This document shows, piece after piece, positions 20,727 through 34,081 of a stretch of 64,000 nt of DNA. Where the stretch lies: positions 454,868-518,867 of the forward strand of contig CAWGFP010000009.1 in NCBI GenBank assembly GCA_963821905.1. Reading direction: 5' to 3'. Made by a program: the position numbers and the translations under genes. The notes beneath the pieces were generated by a model. That model ran no database searches, was not told the DNA's origin, and saw only the letters and a list, made by a program, of their open reading frames with translations. Source of the DNA: Thermoanaerobaculia bacterium. Its GTDB lineage: Bacteria; Acidobacteriota; Thermoanaerobaculia; Multivoradales; JAGPDF01. Each line of letters opens with the position of its first letter. The stretch's first letter is position 1.

Positions 20727-21580
20727 ATGACCATGCGCCGGATCTCCGCTCGTCTTCAGATCATCCCGATCGTCGCCTTGGCATTGACCCCGGCGCTCAC
20801 CGGGTGCAACAAGATTCAGGCCCGGGTCGAGCTCAAGAAGGGCAACGCCTTCTACATGGACGAGACCTACCGCCAGGCGCTCGAGCAGTTCCAGAAGGGG
20901 TTGGAGCTCGATCCCGGCGCGACTTTCGCCTGGCGCTCGGTCGGCCTGTCGGCGATGGCGCTCTACCGGCCCGACGTCGACACCGAGGAGAACCGCAAGT
21001 ACGCCGACACCGCGGTCGACGCCTTCAAGAAGTACCTCGCCTACTATCCCAACGACGAGAAGGTCGAGGAGTACCTGATCACCACGCTGATCAACGCCGA
21101 GCGCTACGACGAGGCGCTGCGCCCGTCTCAAGCTGGGCGTGCAGAAGAGCCCCAACAAGCCGGGCATGCAGCAGGCGATCATCACCACGCTCGCCAAGGC
21201 CGGCCGGCTGGACGAGGCCTATCGAGTGGGCGGACCAGAACGGCGCCAAGGACCCGACGCTCTACTACAGCATCGCCGTCGCCAGCTGGGACAAGTCGTA
21301 CAACGATCCGACGATCGACACCGTGGCCCGCGGCAAGGTGGTGGACACCGGCCTCCAGGCGGCGCAGAAAGCGGTGACCCTCAAGCCGGACTATTTCGAG
21401 GCGATGGCCTACTACAACCTGCTGTTCCGCGAGAAGGCCAAGCTGGAGCTCGATCCGGTCAAGGCGCAGGAGTGGATCGCCAAGGCCGAAGAGTGGACGC
21501 AAGAAGGCCATTGCCGCGCGCGACGCCGCCGAAGGCGCGCGAAGCCGCGCAGAAGAAGGTCGGCCGCGCGAGCCAGGGAG
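20727..21580 (+). pseudogene. TPR-repeat lipoprotein, frameshifted; 3' end uncertain
   Basis: MTMRRISARLQIIPIVALALTPALTGCNK gives a signal peptide and lipobox. TPR-like repeats (AFYMDETYRQALEQFQKGLELDP, AVDAFKKYLAYYPNDEKVEEYL, YEAMAYYNLLFREKAKLE) continue in a second frame (ORF 20804..21607). Confidence 0.55.
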
Positions 21581-21768
21581 GCATCGCCATGTTCGAGAAC
21601 TCGCTGATCGCATCGCAGAAGCAGAAGCGGTCGAAGTCGTGGGCGTACTTGATCCCGACGGTCGATCATCCTGCACGCCGTGATCGGCATCGCCGCGGTG
21701 GTGGCGCAGTACTGGAACGTCGACCCGGTGCCCGAGCCGCCGATTCCGGTGAGCTTCGTGCAGATCGC

Positions 21769-21815
<47 letters not shown>

Positions 21816-21977
21816 CGGCGCCCAAGCCGGTGGAGGTGCAGAAGCCGGTCGAAGTCCCGACCGAGCCGGTGCAGCCGATCGAGGTCCCGGAGGAGATCCC
21901 GCCGAGCCCCGTCGGCGCCCGAGGACGCCGGCGTCGAGGGCGGCGTGCCGGGGGTGTCGCGGGCGGCGTCGGCGGGC

Positions 21978-22029
21978 GGCGTGCCCGGGCGGCGTGCCGG
22001 GTGGCGTGCCGGGCGGCGTGCCGGGCGGC
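21978..22029 (+). repeat. 4x tandem 12-nt repeat GGCGTGCCGGGC (encodes GVPG x4) inside tonB
   Basis: Direct tandem copies with one G/T variant. It lies in the Pro-rich periplasmic spacer. Confidence 0.8.
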
Positions 22030-22360
22030 GTCGGCGACGAGATTCTGCGGGTCGGCGGCGCGATCACCAAGCCGGAGGCCATCAGCCGCGTCAATCCGAT
22101 CTACACCGAGGCGGCGCGCCGCGCCCGCATCCAGGGCGTGGTGATCGTCGAGACGATCATCGACAAGAGCGGCAACGTGACCAACGTGCGCGTCCTCAAG
22201 GCCCTGCCGATGGGCCTCGACCAGGCCGCCGTCGACGCCGTCAAGAAGTGGAAGTTCAAGCCGGCCACCCTGAACGGCCGGCCGGTGAACGTCTACTTCG
22301 TGCTGACCGTCAACTTCCAGCTGCAATAACGACCTCGCCGAAGAAGGAGGAGAGGCAGTC

Positions 22361-23064
22361 ATGGAATATTCACCCCTGCATCTTGTGGGAGCAGATGACA
22401 TCGATCGGCAAGGGCGTGGTCGTCATCCTGATCCTGATGTCGATCTGGTCGCTCTACGTCACGCATCGAGCGGCTGCTGATCTTCCGCAAGGCCAAGAAG
22501 CAGTCGCTGCAGTTCGCCAAGCAGGTCGACCGCAGTACCTGGCCCAGGACCGGCTGCAGGACGCCATCGAGCCGTCGCGCAAGTACAAGCACAGCCACCT
22601 GGCCCGCGTCACCCGCGCCGGCCTGATCGAGTTCCAGCTTCGACCGAAGCCGAGCGGCCGGCTGTCGAGGCACGAGATCGTCGAGGCGGCGCGCCGCGCC
22701 ATCGAGCGCGAGACGCTGATCACCTACTCCGACTTCAAGAAGGGCATCGGCAGCCTGGCGACGATCGCCACCACCGCGCCCTTCATCGGCCTGTTCGGCA
22801 CCGTGATCGGCATCATCAACGCCTTCCGCGGCATGGCGGTGACCGGCTCGGGCGGTATCGCGGCGGTGTCGGCCGGTATCGCCGAGGCGCTCGTGACCAC
22901 CGCCCTCGGTCTCGTTCGTCGCCATCCCGGCGGCCTGGATGTTCAACTACTTCACCAACAACCTCGAGCGCTTCCAGGTCGAGATGTCGAACTCCTCCTC
23001 GGAGCTGATCGACTTCTTCATCAAGAAGCACGGAGGCAGCCATGCAATTGGGGTCCGCCAGTAA
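22361..23064 (+). pseudogene. exbB: ExbB/TolQ proton-channel protein, frameshifted
   Basis: AAGGAGG RBS and ATG at 22361. MotA/TolQ/ExbB motifs (GKGVVVILILMSIWSLYV..ERLLIFRKAKKQS, ATIATTAPFIGLFGTVIGIINAF, IAEALVTTALGL, FNYFTNNLERFQVEM) are spread over three frames. Confidence 0.75.
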
Positions 23065-23480
23065 GCAAGCTCGGCTCGGGCGAGAACGCGGTCAAGAGTG
23101 ACATCAACGTCACTCCGCTGGTCGACGTCTGCCTGGTGCTGCTGATCATCTTCATGGTGGTCACGCCCATGCTGCAGAGCGGCGTCGACGTCGCGCTGCC
23201 GGAGACGCGCAAGCCGGAGAAGATGCCGGAGAGCGCAGAAGCAGCTCACGGTCGCCATCAAGCCGAACGGCGACGTCTTCGTCGGCCAGGACTGGGTGCC
23301 GCAGGACCAGCTGACGCCAGCGGCTCGAGGACGATCTACGCCCAGACGCCGGAGAAGGACGTGGTGCTCAAAGCCGACCGGCGGCTGAAGTACAAGGACG
23401 TGCGCAAGGTGATGCGAGCTGATCAACGAGGCCGGCTTCACCGGCGTCGGCCTGATCACTAGCAAGAAGGAACAGCGGCT
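23042..23480 (+). pseudogene. exbD: ExbD/TolR biopolymer transport protein, frameshifted; 3' end uncertain
   Basis: ATG at 23042. The motif SDINVTPLVDVCLVLLIIFMVVTPMLQSGVDVALPE is found. The C-terminal part (VAIKPNGDVFVGQDWVPQDQL, VVLKADRRLKYKDVRKVM, INEAGFTGVGLIT) lies in other frames. Confidence 0.65.
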
Positions 23481-23517
23481 AGGCGCCTCGCGGGCACGAC
23501 GTCCGAGGAGAACGACG

Positions 23518-24001
<484 letters not shown>

Positions 24002-24242
24002 AACACGCAGGCTGGAAGATTCCTCGCCGACGCCGCGGCGCCCGAAAGGGCCGCGGCGAGTTCTCCTTCACGCTCGCCTGCCGTTCGCCGGTTGTTTTTC
24101 GACCCCCTCTCCCGATAAGCTACGCCGTCAAAGGTTCAGGGCTTCCTGCCTGAGCCCGTCTGTATATCCAGTGGAGCGTGGGGTGTCGTGGCAATCGGTC
24201 GATCGCCCAGCGCCCGGGCTTCGCTCAATCCCTGGAGGAAAC

Positions 24243-26681
<2,439 letters not shown>

Positions 26682-26715
26682 ACAAGCGGCGCACCACGAG
26701 GCGATGTTTTCCCGG

Positions 26716-26748
26716 GGGCCGGCGGCGACGCCGGCCCTTGGTGTTTTC
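26716..26748 (+). terminator. rho-independent terminator downstream of hppA
   Basis: Perfect 9-bp GC stem GGGCCGGCG / CGCCGGCCC with a GCGA tetraloop, followed by TTGGTGTTTTC. It lies between convergent hppA (+) and the LolA-like gene (-). Confidence 0.5.
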
Positions 26749-27483
26749 AGCGCGGATCTTGGAGCGCTGCGCGAGCCGATGGATCGGTGAGCGAGAACAG
26801 CTCCGCCGGCACGTCGCGCGCCTCGAACTCGAGGATCTCGACGGTGGCAGGTGAGCCGCCGCGCAGCACGTCCTTGATGACGATCGTCATCGGGGTGAGT
26901 TGGCCCTTGTCGCGCCACTCCTTCCACTCGAGCACCCTCGCCACGCGGCCGTCGGCAAACTGAAAGTCGGCGCGCAGTGGCAAGCGCTCGCGTTCGGAGA
27001 CCACCCAGCGCATTCGGGGATAGGAGCCGCCGCGTTTCTGGCTTTCAGATCGAACTCCACGACGCCGCTCGCGGTATCGCGCCGCTGCACCGCGGCGATC
27101 TCATGAGTGGCGCTCAGAGGCACGGCCAGCAGTTCCTCGATGGCCACGGCGCCCGCCAGTCGGTGGGTGGGCGGCAGACGGACGGGCTGGCGAGCTCCGG
27201 GGGAAATGAAGAAGGTGCCGTCGCGCGCCCGCAGCAGGTACTTGCCGCTCTCTTTCGGATCGAGGAAGCGCACCAGCGCGTTCTCGCCGGAGCGCCAGAT
27301 CTCGAGCGCCGTCGCGCGGCCCCCAGACCCCGTCACGCGCAGCCGGGCGCGAGAGCTGCTGGCAGCGCGCGCGAAGGGGTCGGTCGCCTCGAGGAGAGCG
27401 CGGTCCGAAGCTGCGGCCTCGGCGGCGGGCGTCGCAGTTGCGGCGAGCGCCAGCCCGGCGGTGAACGCCAGCGCTTCAAACAT
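26747..27483 (-). pseudogene. LolA-like outer-membrane lipoprotein-sorting protein, frameshift near 27000
   Basis: Signal peptide (MFEALAFTAGLALAATATPAA). The motifs LEIWRSGENALVRFLDPKESGKYLL..DGTFFISPGARQPVRLP and the C-terminal ORF 26747..27013 follow the LolA_like pattern usually found next to FtsX/ABC pairs. The exact family is not certain. Confidence 0.45.
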
Positions 27484-28727
27484 GCGCCAGGGCCTCCGCG
27501 ATGCGCAGCCTCAGGCTGCGCGCGATGGGCGCCAAGGAGGCCAGCGCCAGCACCGCCAGCATCAACGCGGCGGTGCCGGCGAACGCCTCGGGCACGACGA
27601 CCAGCCGGAGGTCGATGGGGAAACCGCTCCAGGCGGCGGCGGCATCTTGTAGGCTCGGCGGCGTTGATCCCGTGGATCGACGCCACGCCCAGCGCGCCGC
27701 CGGCCAGCGCGCCGAAGGTCCCGAGCCAGAGGGCTCCAGCAGAACGAGCGGTCCGGCGATCTGCCCGCCGCTCGTGCCGATGGCGCGCAGCGTGCCGATC
27801 TCGCGCACCCGCTCCATCACGGTCATGACCAGGGTGTTGGAGACCGAGAGCACGACGAGCACGAGGATCACCGTGCCCAGGAACCAGAAGATGCCCAGGT
27901 AGAGGTTGCGCACCTGATCGATAGAACGGCGCCCGCGAGCGCCAGTCCACCAGGGCGAGATCGCTCGCCGGCGAGACGGCGTCGGCCGAGCGCCGGCCGC
28001 CCGGCCTCGGCCGCGTCGATCGTGTCGTAGGTCACGATCAGGTTCGAGACGCTGCTCGGTCTGCAGCAGCCGCTGGCTGGTCGCCAGATGCAACTTGAGG
28101 AAGCGCGTGTCGAGATCGGCGACTCCGGTGGTGATCAGGCCGCGCACCCGCACGTCGAGCGCGTTGAGCATGCCGTCGGAGTTGAGGGTCATGAGCGTCA
28201 CGGTGTCGCCGGGCTGGGCGGCGAGCGACTCGGCGAGACCTACTGCAAGCAGCACGCCGTCGTCGCCGGCCGCCGGCGGTTCGTCCGCCAGCGCCTCGCC
28301 GGCGCGCAATTGGACTGGAAACGCCATCCGCCGCTCGCGGTCGGGCTCGACTGCCGACGCCGATGAAGGAGACACTGGCGCCCGCCGCGTCGGACACCAG
28401 GCCCATGACGTGCTGACGTGGCGCCGGCGCCCCGGACATGCGGCAGCTCCTCGATCGCCTGGCGCAGGCCCCGCCAATCCGCGATACCCGCCGCGGCGGC
28501 GCGCTCGAGCGTTGCGGCGCGCCCCTCGACCGCGGTCCGGCGTGCCACTTCGAAGTGTCCGAGCCCGCCGTGGATGAGCGCCTCGCGGAGTCCATCGAAG
28601 GAGAAGACGAATGAATCCGGCGGTGAGCACGAGCCCGACTGTGCCCGCGGCGATCACCGCGAGCGAGAGCAACGTGCGCCGGCGGTTGCGGCCGAGGTTG
28701 CGCAGCGCGAGAAGCGAGCAGTCTCAC
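27476..28727 (-). pseudogene. ABC transporter permease, FtsX/MacB/LolE-like, frameshifted
   Basis: N-terminal [30 protein letters not shown] (TM1) is followed by a periplasmic domain ([17 protein letters not shown]...[13 protein letters not shown]) and a C-terminal FtsX 3-TM bundle (IDQVRNLYLGIFWFLGTVILVLVVLSVSNTLVMTVMERVREIGTLRAIG). Fragments lie in at least three frames. No canonical in-frame start is present. Confidence 0.65.
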
Positions 28728-28729
28728 GC

Positions 28730-29451
28730 GCGCCCGGGCGCCCGTCGTTCGTCGGCCGCGACGCGGCCGTCCCGAGAGCCTCACCGCCCGCGGCGCGCCG
28801 GCGAGGATCGCGCGGTCGTGGGTGGCGAGAAGCACCGCGGTGCCGCGCTCGCGATGGAGCCGGTGGAAGAGCGCCACGATGCCGGCGCCGGTGTCGGAAT
28901 CGAGGTTGCCGGTGGGTTCGTCGGCGAGCAACGCTCGCGGCTCGTGGACCAGGGCGCGGGCGATCGCCACGCGTTGGCGCTCGCCACCCGAGAGCTGGTC
29001 CGGTCGATGGCCGAGGCGGCCCTCGAGTCCGACCGATTCGAGGACCGCCGCGGCTCGCCGGCGGGCGTCGCGCGGCCGGCACGGCGTCGATCCACAGCGG
29101 GTACTCGACATTCTCGAGCGCCGAGAGCACCGGCAGGAGGTTGAAGGTCTGGAAGACGAAGCCGAGAGCCCGGCGGCGGAGCAGCGTGCGCTCGCGGGCG
29201 TCGAGCAACGCGAGGTCGGCGCCGGCGATGCACAGCTCGCCGGCGTCGGGCTGGTCGATCGTGCCGAACAGGTTGAGCAGGGTGCTCTTGCCGCTCCCAG
29301 ACGGTCCGGCGATGACCAGCATCTCGCCCGCGGCGACGTCGAGGTCGACGCCGCGCAACGCGGGAACGTCGGTCTGGCCGAGGCGGAAGGACTTGCGAAG
29401 TCCGCGAGCCCGGAACAGCGGGGTGGAGGAATCGTCGAAGGAAGGGCGCAA
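28730..29451 (-). pseudogene. ABC transporter ATP-binding protein (LolD/MacB-like), frameshifted
   Basis: Walker [15 protein letters not shown]-loop, the signature [15 protein letters not shown] and Walker [12 protein letters not shown] are split between ORFs 28654..29451 and 28038..29111. Confidence 0.75.
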
Positions 29452-29486
29452 GCGGCGCGATTCTAACGGAGGCCCGCGGGGCGGCT

Positions 29487-31331
29487 TTGGAGCGCTGTAA
29501 AATCCACTCTCGCGTGCGTGTCCTGGCGATCATCGCGGCCTACAACGAAGGCCGGTTCATCGGCGAGTGCCTCGGGCACTTGCGCGCCCAGGGCGTCGAG
29601 GCGTACCTCATCGACAACCAGTCCGTCGACGACACGGTCGAGATCGCGCGCCGCCATCTCGGTGACGGGCTGGCCGGGATCGAGACCTACCCTCGCGACG
29701 GGGTATTTCGCTGGCGGCGCCTGCTGCGTCGCAAGGAGGAACTGGCGGGACAGCTCGATGCCGACTGGTTCATCCACCTCGATCCGGACGAATTCCCGGT
29801 CCCACCCCCCGGTGCCGCAACGTTGGCCCAGGCGTTCGCCGCCGCCGATGGGGACGGCTACAACACGGTCGAGTTCGAGGAGTTCACGTTCGTCCCGCCG
29901 CGCGAATCTCCGGACCACGACCACGCGGCGTTCCGCCGCACCATGCATTGGTACTACCCCTTCGCTCCCGTGGCTGAGCACCGGCTGATGGCCTGGAAAC
30001 GCCAAGCGACCGGGGTCGACCTGGTCACCACCGGCGGCCATGCGGTGCGCTTCCCGGGGCGGCGGGTGTCGCCACGCCGCTTTGCGTTGCGCCACTATCT
30101 GTTCCTGAGCGCGGAGCACGCCGCGCACAAGTACGTCGGCAAGCAATACGACCCCGAAGAGCTACAGGATCTCTGGCACGGCTGGCGGCCGACGTTGCGC
30201 CGCGAGCAGATTCGCCTGCCACGCCAGGTGGAGTTGCGCGTGGCTCGCGGCGATGCCGATCTGGACCCCTCGGCCCCGCGGCTGCGCCATTGCATCGAGT
30301 GGCCTGACCGCAGGCCGGAAGACGCCCACTCCCGGCGCGCCCCAGAGTCGTCGTTGCCGGTGGTGCTCTGTGTGGTCAATCGGGCCTATTGGGCGCACGA
30401 CCGCAAGACCGTGGCGCTCGAACGAGAGTTGGCGGGCGAATACCGCCTCGTTCGGCGTCTGGGCGACGACGTCACGCCTCACGACATCGACTCCGCCGAC
30501 CTGGTGCTGCTGTGGTACTGGCTGCAATACGAGCCACTGCGCCGCAGGGTGCCGGAATTGCGCAAGGCTCATGAGCGCCTGCTGGTCGGCATCTGCAGTC
30601 ACTTCGAGCTCGACGGAGCCTGGCGAAGTCCAGGTGTGGCGTTCCTCAGCGAAACGCCCGCGGCGGTCTTCGCCAACAATCGACAGCTGGTCGAAACTTT
30701 CGCGCCCCTCCTCGGGCGACCGGTCGCGTACACGCCGAACGGTGTGGACACTCGCTACTTCCAGCCGGCAGCGGGGCCGTCGAGCGGCGACGCCATGCGG
30801 GTGGGCTGGGCCGGCAGCCTCACCAACCATGGCCCCGGGCATCGAGGCGTCGAGGAGGTCATCGCGCCGGCGGTGGCACAGGTGGCGGGCGCGCAGCTCT
30901 GCCTGGCGGCGCGCGAGGAGCGCTGGCGGGATCAGGAGGAAATGCGCGCCTTCTATCATTCGCTCGACCTTTATGTCTGTGCCAGCCGCAGCGAGGGCAC
31001 TCCGAATCCGTGTCTCGAAGCAGCGGCTTGCGGCCTGCCGGTGGTGACCACGCGAGTCGGCAACATGCCGGAGCTGATTCGCGATGGCGTCAACGGCCTG
31101 TTCGTCGAGCGCAACGTCGATGCGGTGGCCACCGCCTTGCGCCGGCTCCAAGGCGATCCCGAGCTCCGGAGCAAGCTGGGAAGCGCGGCGCGGCGCTCCA
31201 TTGAAGAATGGGACTGGAGCCTCCGTGCGCGGCGCTTCGCCGCGCTCTTCGGTTCGGTTCTCGAGCGCGGGGCGGAGTTCAGGGCGGTGGACGCCGAGCC
31301 AGGCGGCGTCGCAGGCGCCACCAGGTCCTGA
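29487..31331 (+). CDS. two-domain glycosyltransferase: GT2-like N-terminal domain and GT4 (GT-B, EX7E) C-terminal domain
   Basis: Intact 614 aa. The N-terminus has AYNEGRFIGECLGHL...IDNQSVDDT (GT-A-like). The C-terminus has EGTPNPCLEAAACGLPVV and NGLFVE (GT4 E-x7-E). Confidence 0.7.
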   Translation: MERCKIHSRVRVLAIIAAYNEGRFIGECLGHLRAQGVEAYLIDNQSVDDTVEIARRHLGDGLAGIETYPRDGVFRWRRLLRRKEELAGQLDADWFIHLDPDEFPVPPPGAATLAQAFAAADGDGYNTVEFEEFTFVPPRESPDHDHAAFRRTMHWYYPFAPVAEHRLMAWKRQATGVDLVTTGGHAVRFPGRRVSPRRFALRHYLFLSAEHAAHKYVGKQYDPEELQDLWHGWRPTLRREQIRLPRQVELRVARGDADLDPSAPRLRHCIEWPDRRPEDAHSRRAPESSLPVVLCVVNRAYWAHDRKTVALERELAGEYRLVRRLGDDVTPHDIDSADLVLLWYWLQYEPLRRRVPELRKAHERLLVGICSHFELDGAWRSPGVAFLSETPAAVFANNRQLVETFAPLLGRPVAYTPNGVDTRYFQPAAGPSSGDAMRVGWAGSLTNHGPGHRGVEEVIAPAVAQVAGAQLCLAAREERWRDQEEMRAFYHSLDLYVCASRSEGTPNPCLEAAACGLPVVTTRVGNMPELIRDGVNGLFVERNVDAVATALRRLQGDPELRSKLGSAARRSIEEWDWSLRARRFAALFGSVLERGAEFRAVDAEPGGVAGATRS

Positions 31332-32379
31332 TCACGGCATAGCCCCGCGAGCTGTCGATGGCTTGCAGGCTCGCAGCCAGCTCCTGGCGCTGCTGATCGA
31401 GCCGCGTGACTTCCTGCCGTGCGGACTCCAGGTCTTGCTCGCGCCGGGCGTCTCGGATCCTGGCCTGCGCCAGGTCCTCGGTGAGCGCCGTGGCGCGCTC
31501 GCCGAGCGCCGCGGCACGGTCGCCGAGCACCGCGGCGCGGTCGCGCTCGGCTGCCCATACCAGCCGGCCTTCCAGCAGCTCGTACAGCAGCCGCTCTTCG
31601 AGCTCCAGGGCGCCGTGCCCCGCCCGCCGATCGCCGGCGGGCGGGGCCGAAGGTAGGTCCGCCGCGGCCTCCAGGCGCCGGTAGATGCGGATCGCATCCG
31701 GCCAAAGTCTCTGCCAGTCCGGGCGTTGCGCGGGCTCGGGGGTGAGATCCGAGGGCTGGTAGCGGGCTGCGTCGGGCGTCTGCAACGGGAGATCGAAGGT
31801 CTTCCCGACCGACCGTACGAGCGCGCCCAAATCCCGCGCCGCCGTCGGCGCATGTGCGAGAAAGGCCCTGCTTGAGTGACGTTCCTTCAACTCGAGCAAC
31901 AGGCGATTGTGGGTGCGCCACGCATCCACTGTGAGCCACGGATCGTGACGTGTTTCGGGCTCGGTGTCGCGCCGCAGGAGGGAGAGTGCCACGTCGGCAG
32001 GGTGGCGATAGAGGAAGAGGTAGTTCCCCCGGGGGAGCAGCTCTTGCCAGAGCTCGAGGAACAGGCAGCTGCGGGGGTCCTTCCAACCCCACAGCGGGAG
32101 GTGAGCTCGCCGGGCGACCAGCCCGCGTGCCTCCGCGGCCAGCTGCGGCGGAAGGGTGGCGCTGAGATCGCGATCGGCGGTGAACGCGGTGTGACCAGCG
32201 GCGGTCAACGCAGCTTCGTGAAAGCGGTGAAAGTCCCAGTCCTCGAAGTGGCCGCGCGGATTGCCCGGTCCGGGTCCGTTGAGGTGGACCCCGATGTCGA
32301 GGCCCGCGTCCATGAACGCGCTGGCAACGAGCGAGGTCGCCGACCGGTGCATGCCGGTGATCACTAGAGAGCGGCTCAA
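31279..32379 (-). CDS. sulfotransferase-family protein with C-terminal coiled-coil extension
   Basis: Intact 366 aa. A PAPS-binding P-loop-like motif is present near the N-terminus (ITGMHRSATSLVA) with R/S at the 3'-PB position. The last ~100 aa form a heptad-rich tail. The 3' end overlaps the convergent GT gene by about 50 nt. Confidence 0.6.
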   Translation of the reverse strand: MSRSLVITGMHRSATSLVASAFMDAGLDIGVHLNGPGPGNPRGHFEDWDFHRFHEAALTAAGHTAFTADRDLSATLPPQLAAEARGLVARRAHLPLWGWKDPRSCLFLELWQELLPRGNYLFLYRHPADVALSLLRRDTEPETRHDPWLTVDAWRTHNRLLLELKERHSSRAFLAHAPTAARDLGALVRSVGKTFDLPLQTPDAARYQPSDLTPEPAQRPDWQRLWPDAIRIYRRLEAAADLPSAPPAGDRRAGHGALELEERLLYELLEGRLVWAAERDRAAVLGDRAAALGERATALTEDLAQARIRDARREQDLESARQEVTRLDQQRQELAASLQAIDSSRGYAVIRTWWRLRRRLARRPPP

Positions 32380-33443
32380 GCGCGCTCCTCGAGCTCGCTG
32401 CCGTGCGAACGATCGGGCAGCGGCTCACGCCGCAGAGGCAGCCACCGGTAGGGGCAGCGCGGGATGTGGAGGACCGAATCGAGCTCCGCTCCCGGCCACT
32501 CGCCACTCTCGGCGAATGCCTCGCAGTAGAGATCCACCGGCTCGACGAAGCGCGGATTCCAGCGTCCCCGCTCGATGGTCAAGGTGTACAGATAACCGGC
32601 CTCGTTGTCGACCCCGAAGGCGTCGCAGCAATCGACAAGCGGCTCGTGGAGCTCGTCGAGCGATGTCCAAACCGAGCCTGGCGGTGGCGCATCGTGGGGC
32701 CGCGTATCGACCACTCCCACCAGCCGGCCGCCCGGCCGTTCGGACCCGATGCCGACCGTCAGGCGGTCGCCGTCGCGCACCATCAACATGTCGGCCGCGC
32801 CGAACTCGTGGAAGCGGAACTCGGTGAGGCGATTGCCGATGGCGCGCATCAGGGCGTCGTTGGTTTCGCTGCGCAGGAAGTACCCGCCGCGGCGCCAGGA
32901 GCGGTCGGCCCCGCGGTAGCGCACCGCGGCGCGGTAGCTCACTTGGTAGAACGAGACCCCGGCCGGACCCGGCAGGCCGCGCGGCCGCATCTCGCGCAGC
33001 GACGAGACCAGTACCTGGACCCAACCCCAGTCCTTGAAGGTTTCGGGCTCGAGCGGCGCCGGCAGGCGCAAAGCGAGCGAATCGGGCGGGACGCGGTAGT
33101 TGAACGAGAGCGCCTCGATCCATTCGGTTTCGACGGCCACCAGCCAGGGCACCGAGGGGCACTCTTCGGCTTGCGGATCGTCCGGATTGACTGCCAGGGC
33201 GTCCTCGATCTGACCCCAGGCGTCGAGCAGCGCCAGGGCGCCAGCCGGGGCGAGCTCGAGACTGCTCTCGCCCGACAACCATTCGCGGTCGAGTAGACGA
33301 TCGAGGAGAGTCTCTGGATCGGCTACGCCCGCGGCGCTCAAGCGCTCGGCGAGCGCGAAGCGTGGCGAGGGCCCGTGGAGCGCCGCGCAGGCCGCCAGCG
33401 CCGCCACCTCGGCGCCGCGCGGCGTCGCCGCGTCGGCGTTCAT
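32376..33443 (-). CDS. hypothetical protein, C-terminal half DUF2071-like
   Basis: 355 aa from ATG 33441-33443. The start overlaps the upstream stop (ATGA). The full 769-aa ORF in the track is a read-through artefact. Confidence 0.4.
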   Translation of the reverse strand: MNADAATPRGAEVAALAACAALHGPSPRFALAERLSAAGVADPETLLDRLLDREWLSGESSLELAPAGALALLDAWGQIEDALAVNPDDPQAEECPSVPWLVAVETEWIEALSFNYRVPPDSLALRLPAPLEPETFKDWGWVQVLVSSLREMRPRGLPGPAGVSFYQVSYRAAVRYRGADRSWRRGGYFLRSETNDALMRAIGNRLTEFRFHEFGAADMLMVRDGDRLTVGIGSERPGGRLVGVVDTRPHDAPPPGSVWTSLDELHEPLVDCCDAFGVDNEAGYLYTLTIERGRWNPRFVEPVDLYCEAFAESGEWPGAELDSVLHIPRCPYRWLPLRREPLPDRSHGSELEERA

Positions 33444-34051
33444 ACGACGCGCGGGCGCGCGCCCTCGGCCGCCAGGCGCCGGCGGCGCGAGCGGTCGAGC
33501 AGCCAACCGACGGTGAACTTGGTGACCAACCAGACGGCGCCCAGGATGTAGAACTGGAACCTCGGCAGCAGGGTCATCAAAAAGGCAGTGGCCAGGAACA
33601 TGGCCGCTGCGCCGTACCAATGGGTGCCCATGAGCGACCCCATGGAAGCGAAGGCGACGGCCGCCAGCACCGCAATCACCGGCCCGAGAAACATGCGATC
33701 GAGGCCGAGCAGGTAGTTGAGAAAGGCGCTCACCGCCACCGCCCCGACGAACGCGGTCCAGATCGCCCACAACTGGGTCTCGACGAAGGTGCGCGCGCCG
33801 GCGCGCCGGCGGCGCAAGAGCGCGATGGTGCTGAGATTCACCGCCAGGGTCAGGGTCCACAGCAAGATGAAGGGCGGCGGCGTGCGGTAGCCGTGATCGA
33901 GCAGCCAACCGGTGAGGATGAAGCTGCCGCCGTTGGTGAAGGCGTGGATCATCCAGATCACGCCCCAGTTCTGCAGCGCCGAGTCGTCGCGGGTCTCCTT
34001 GACGACCCGGCGCAGGTACTCGAGGGCTTCGAAGGCCTCGTCGCGGTTCAT
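33440..34051 (-). CDS. integral membrane protein, 4-5 TM helices, unknown function
   Basis: Intact 203 aa. It has a hydrophobic helix pattern and a cytoplasmic RRRRL tail. It is translationally coupled to the downstream gene. Confidence 0.45.
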   Translation of the reverse strand: MNRDEAFEALEYLRRVVKETRDDSALQNWGVIWMIHAFTNGGSFILTGWLLDHGYRTPPPFILLWTLTLAVNLSTIALLRRRRAGARTFVETQLWAIWTAFVGAVAVSAFLNYLLGLDRMFLGPVIAVLAAVAFASMGSLMGTHWYGAAAMFLATAFLMTLLPRFQFYILGAVWLVTKFTVGWLLDRSRRRRLAAEGARPRVV

Positions 34052-34081
34052 GGGGCTGCGCCAGCCGGAAGACCGGGCGCG

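Noticed and set aside
26701-26748. Bidirectional terminator serving both hppA and the convergent LolA-like gene
   Set aside because: A U-tract follows the hairpin only on the + strand. On the - strand the hairpin is followed by an A-rich stretch, so I call it for hppA only.
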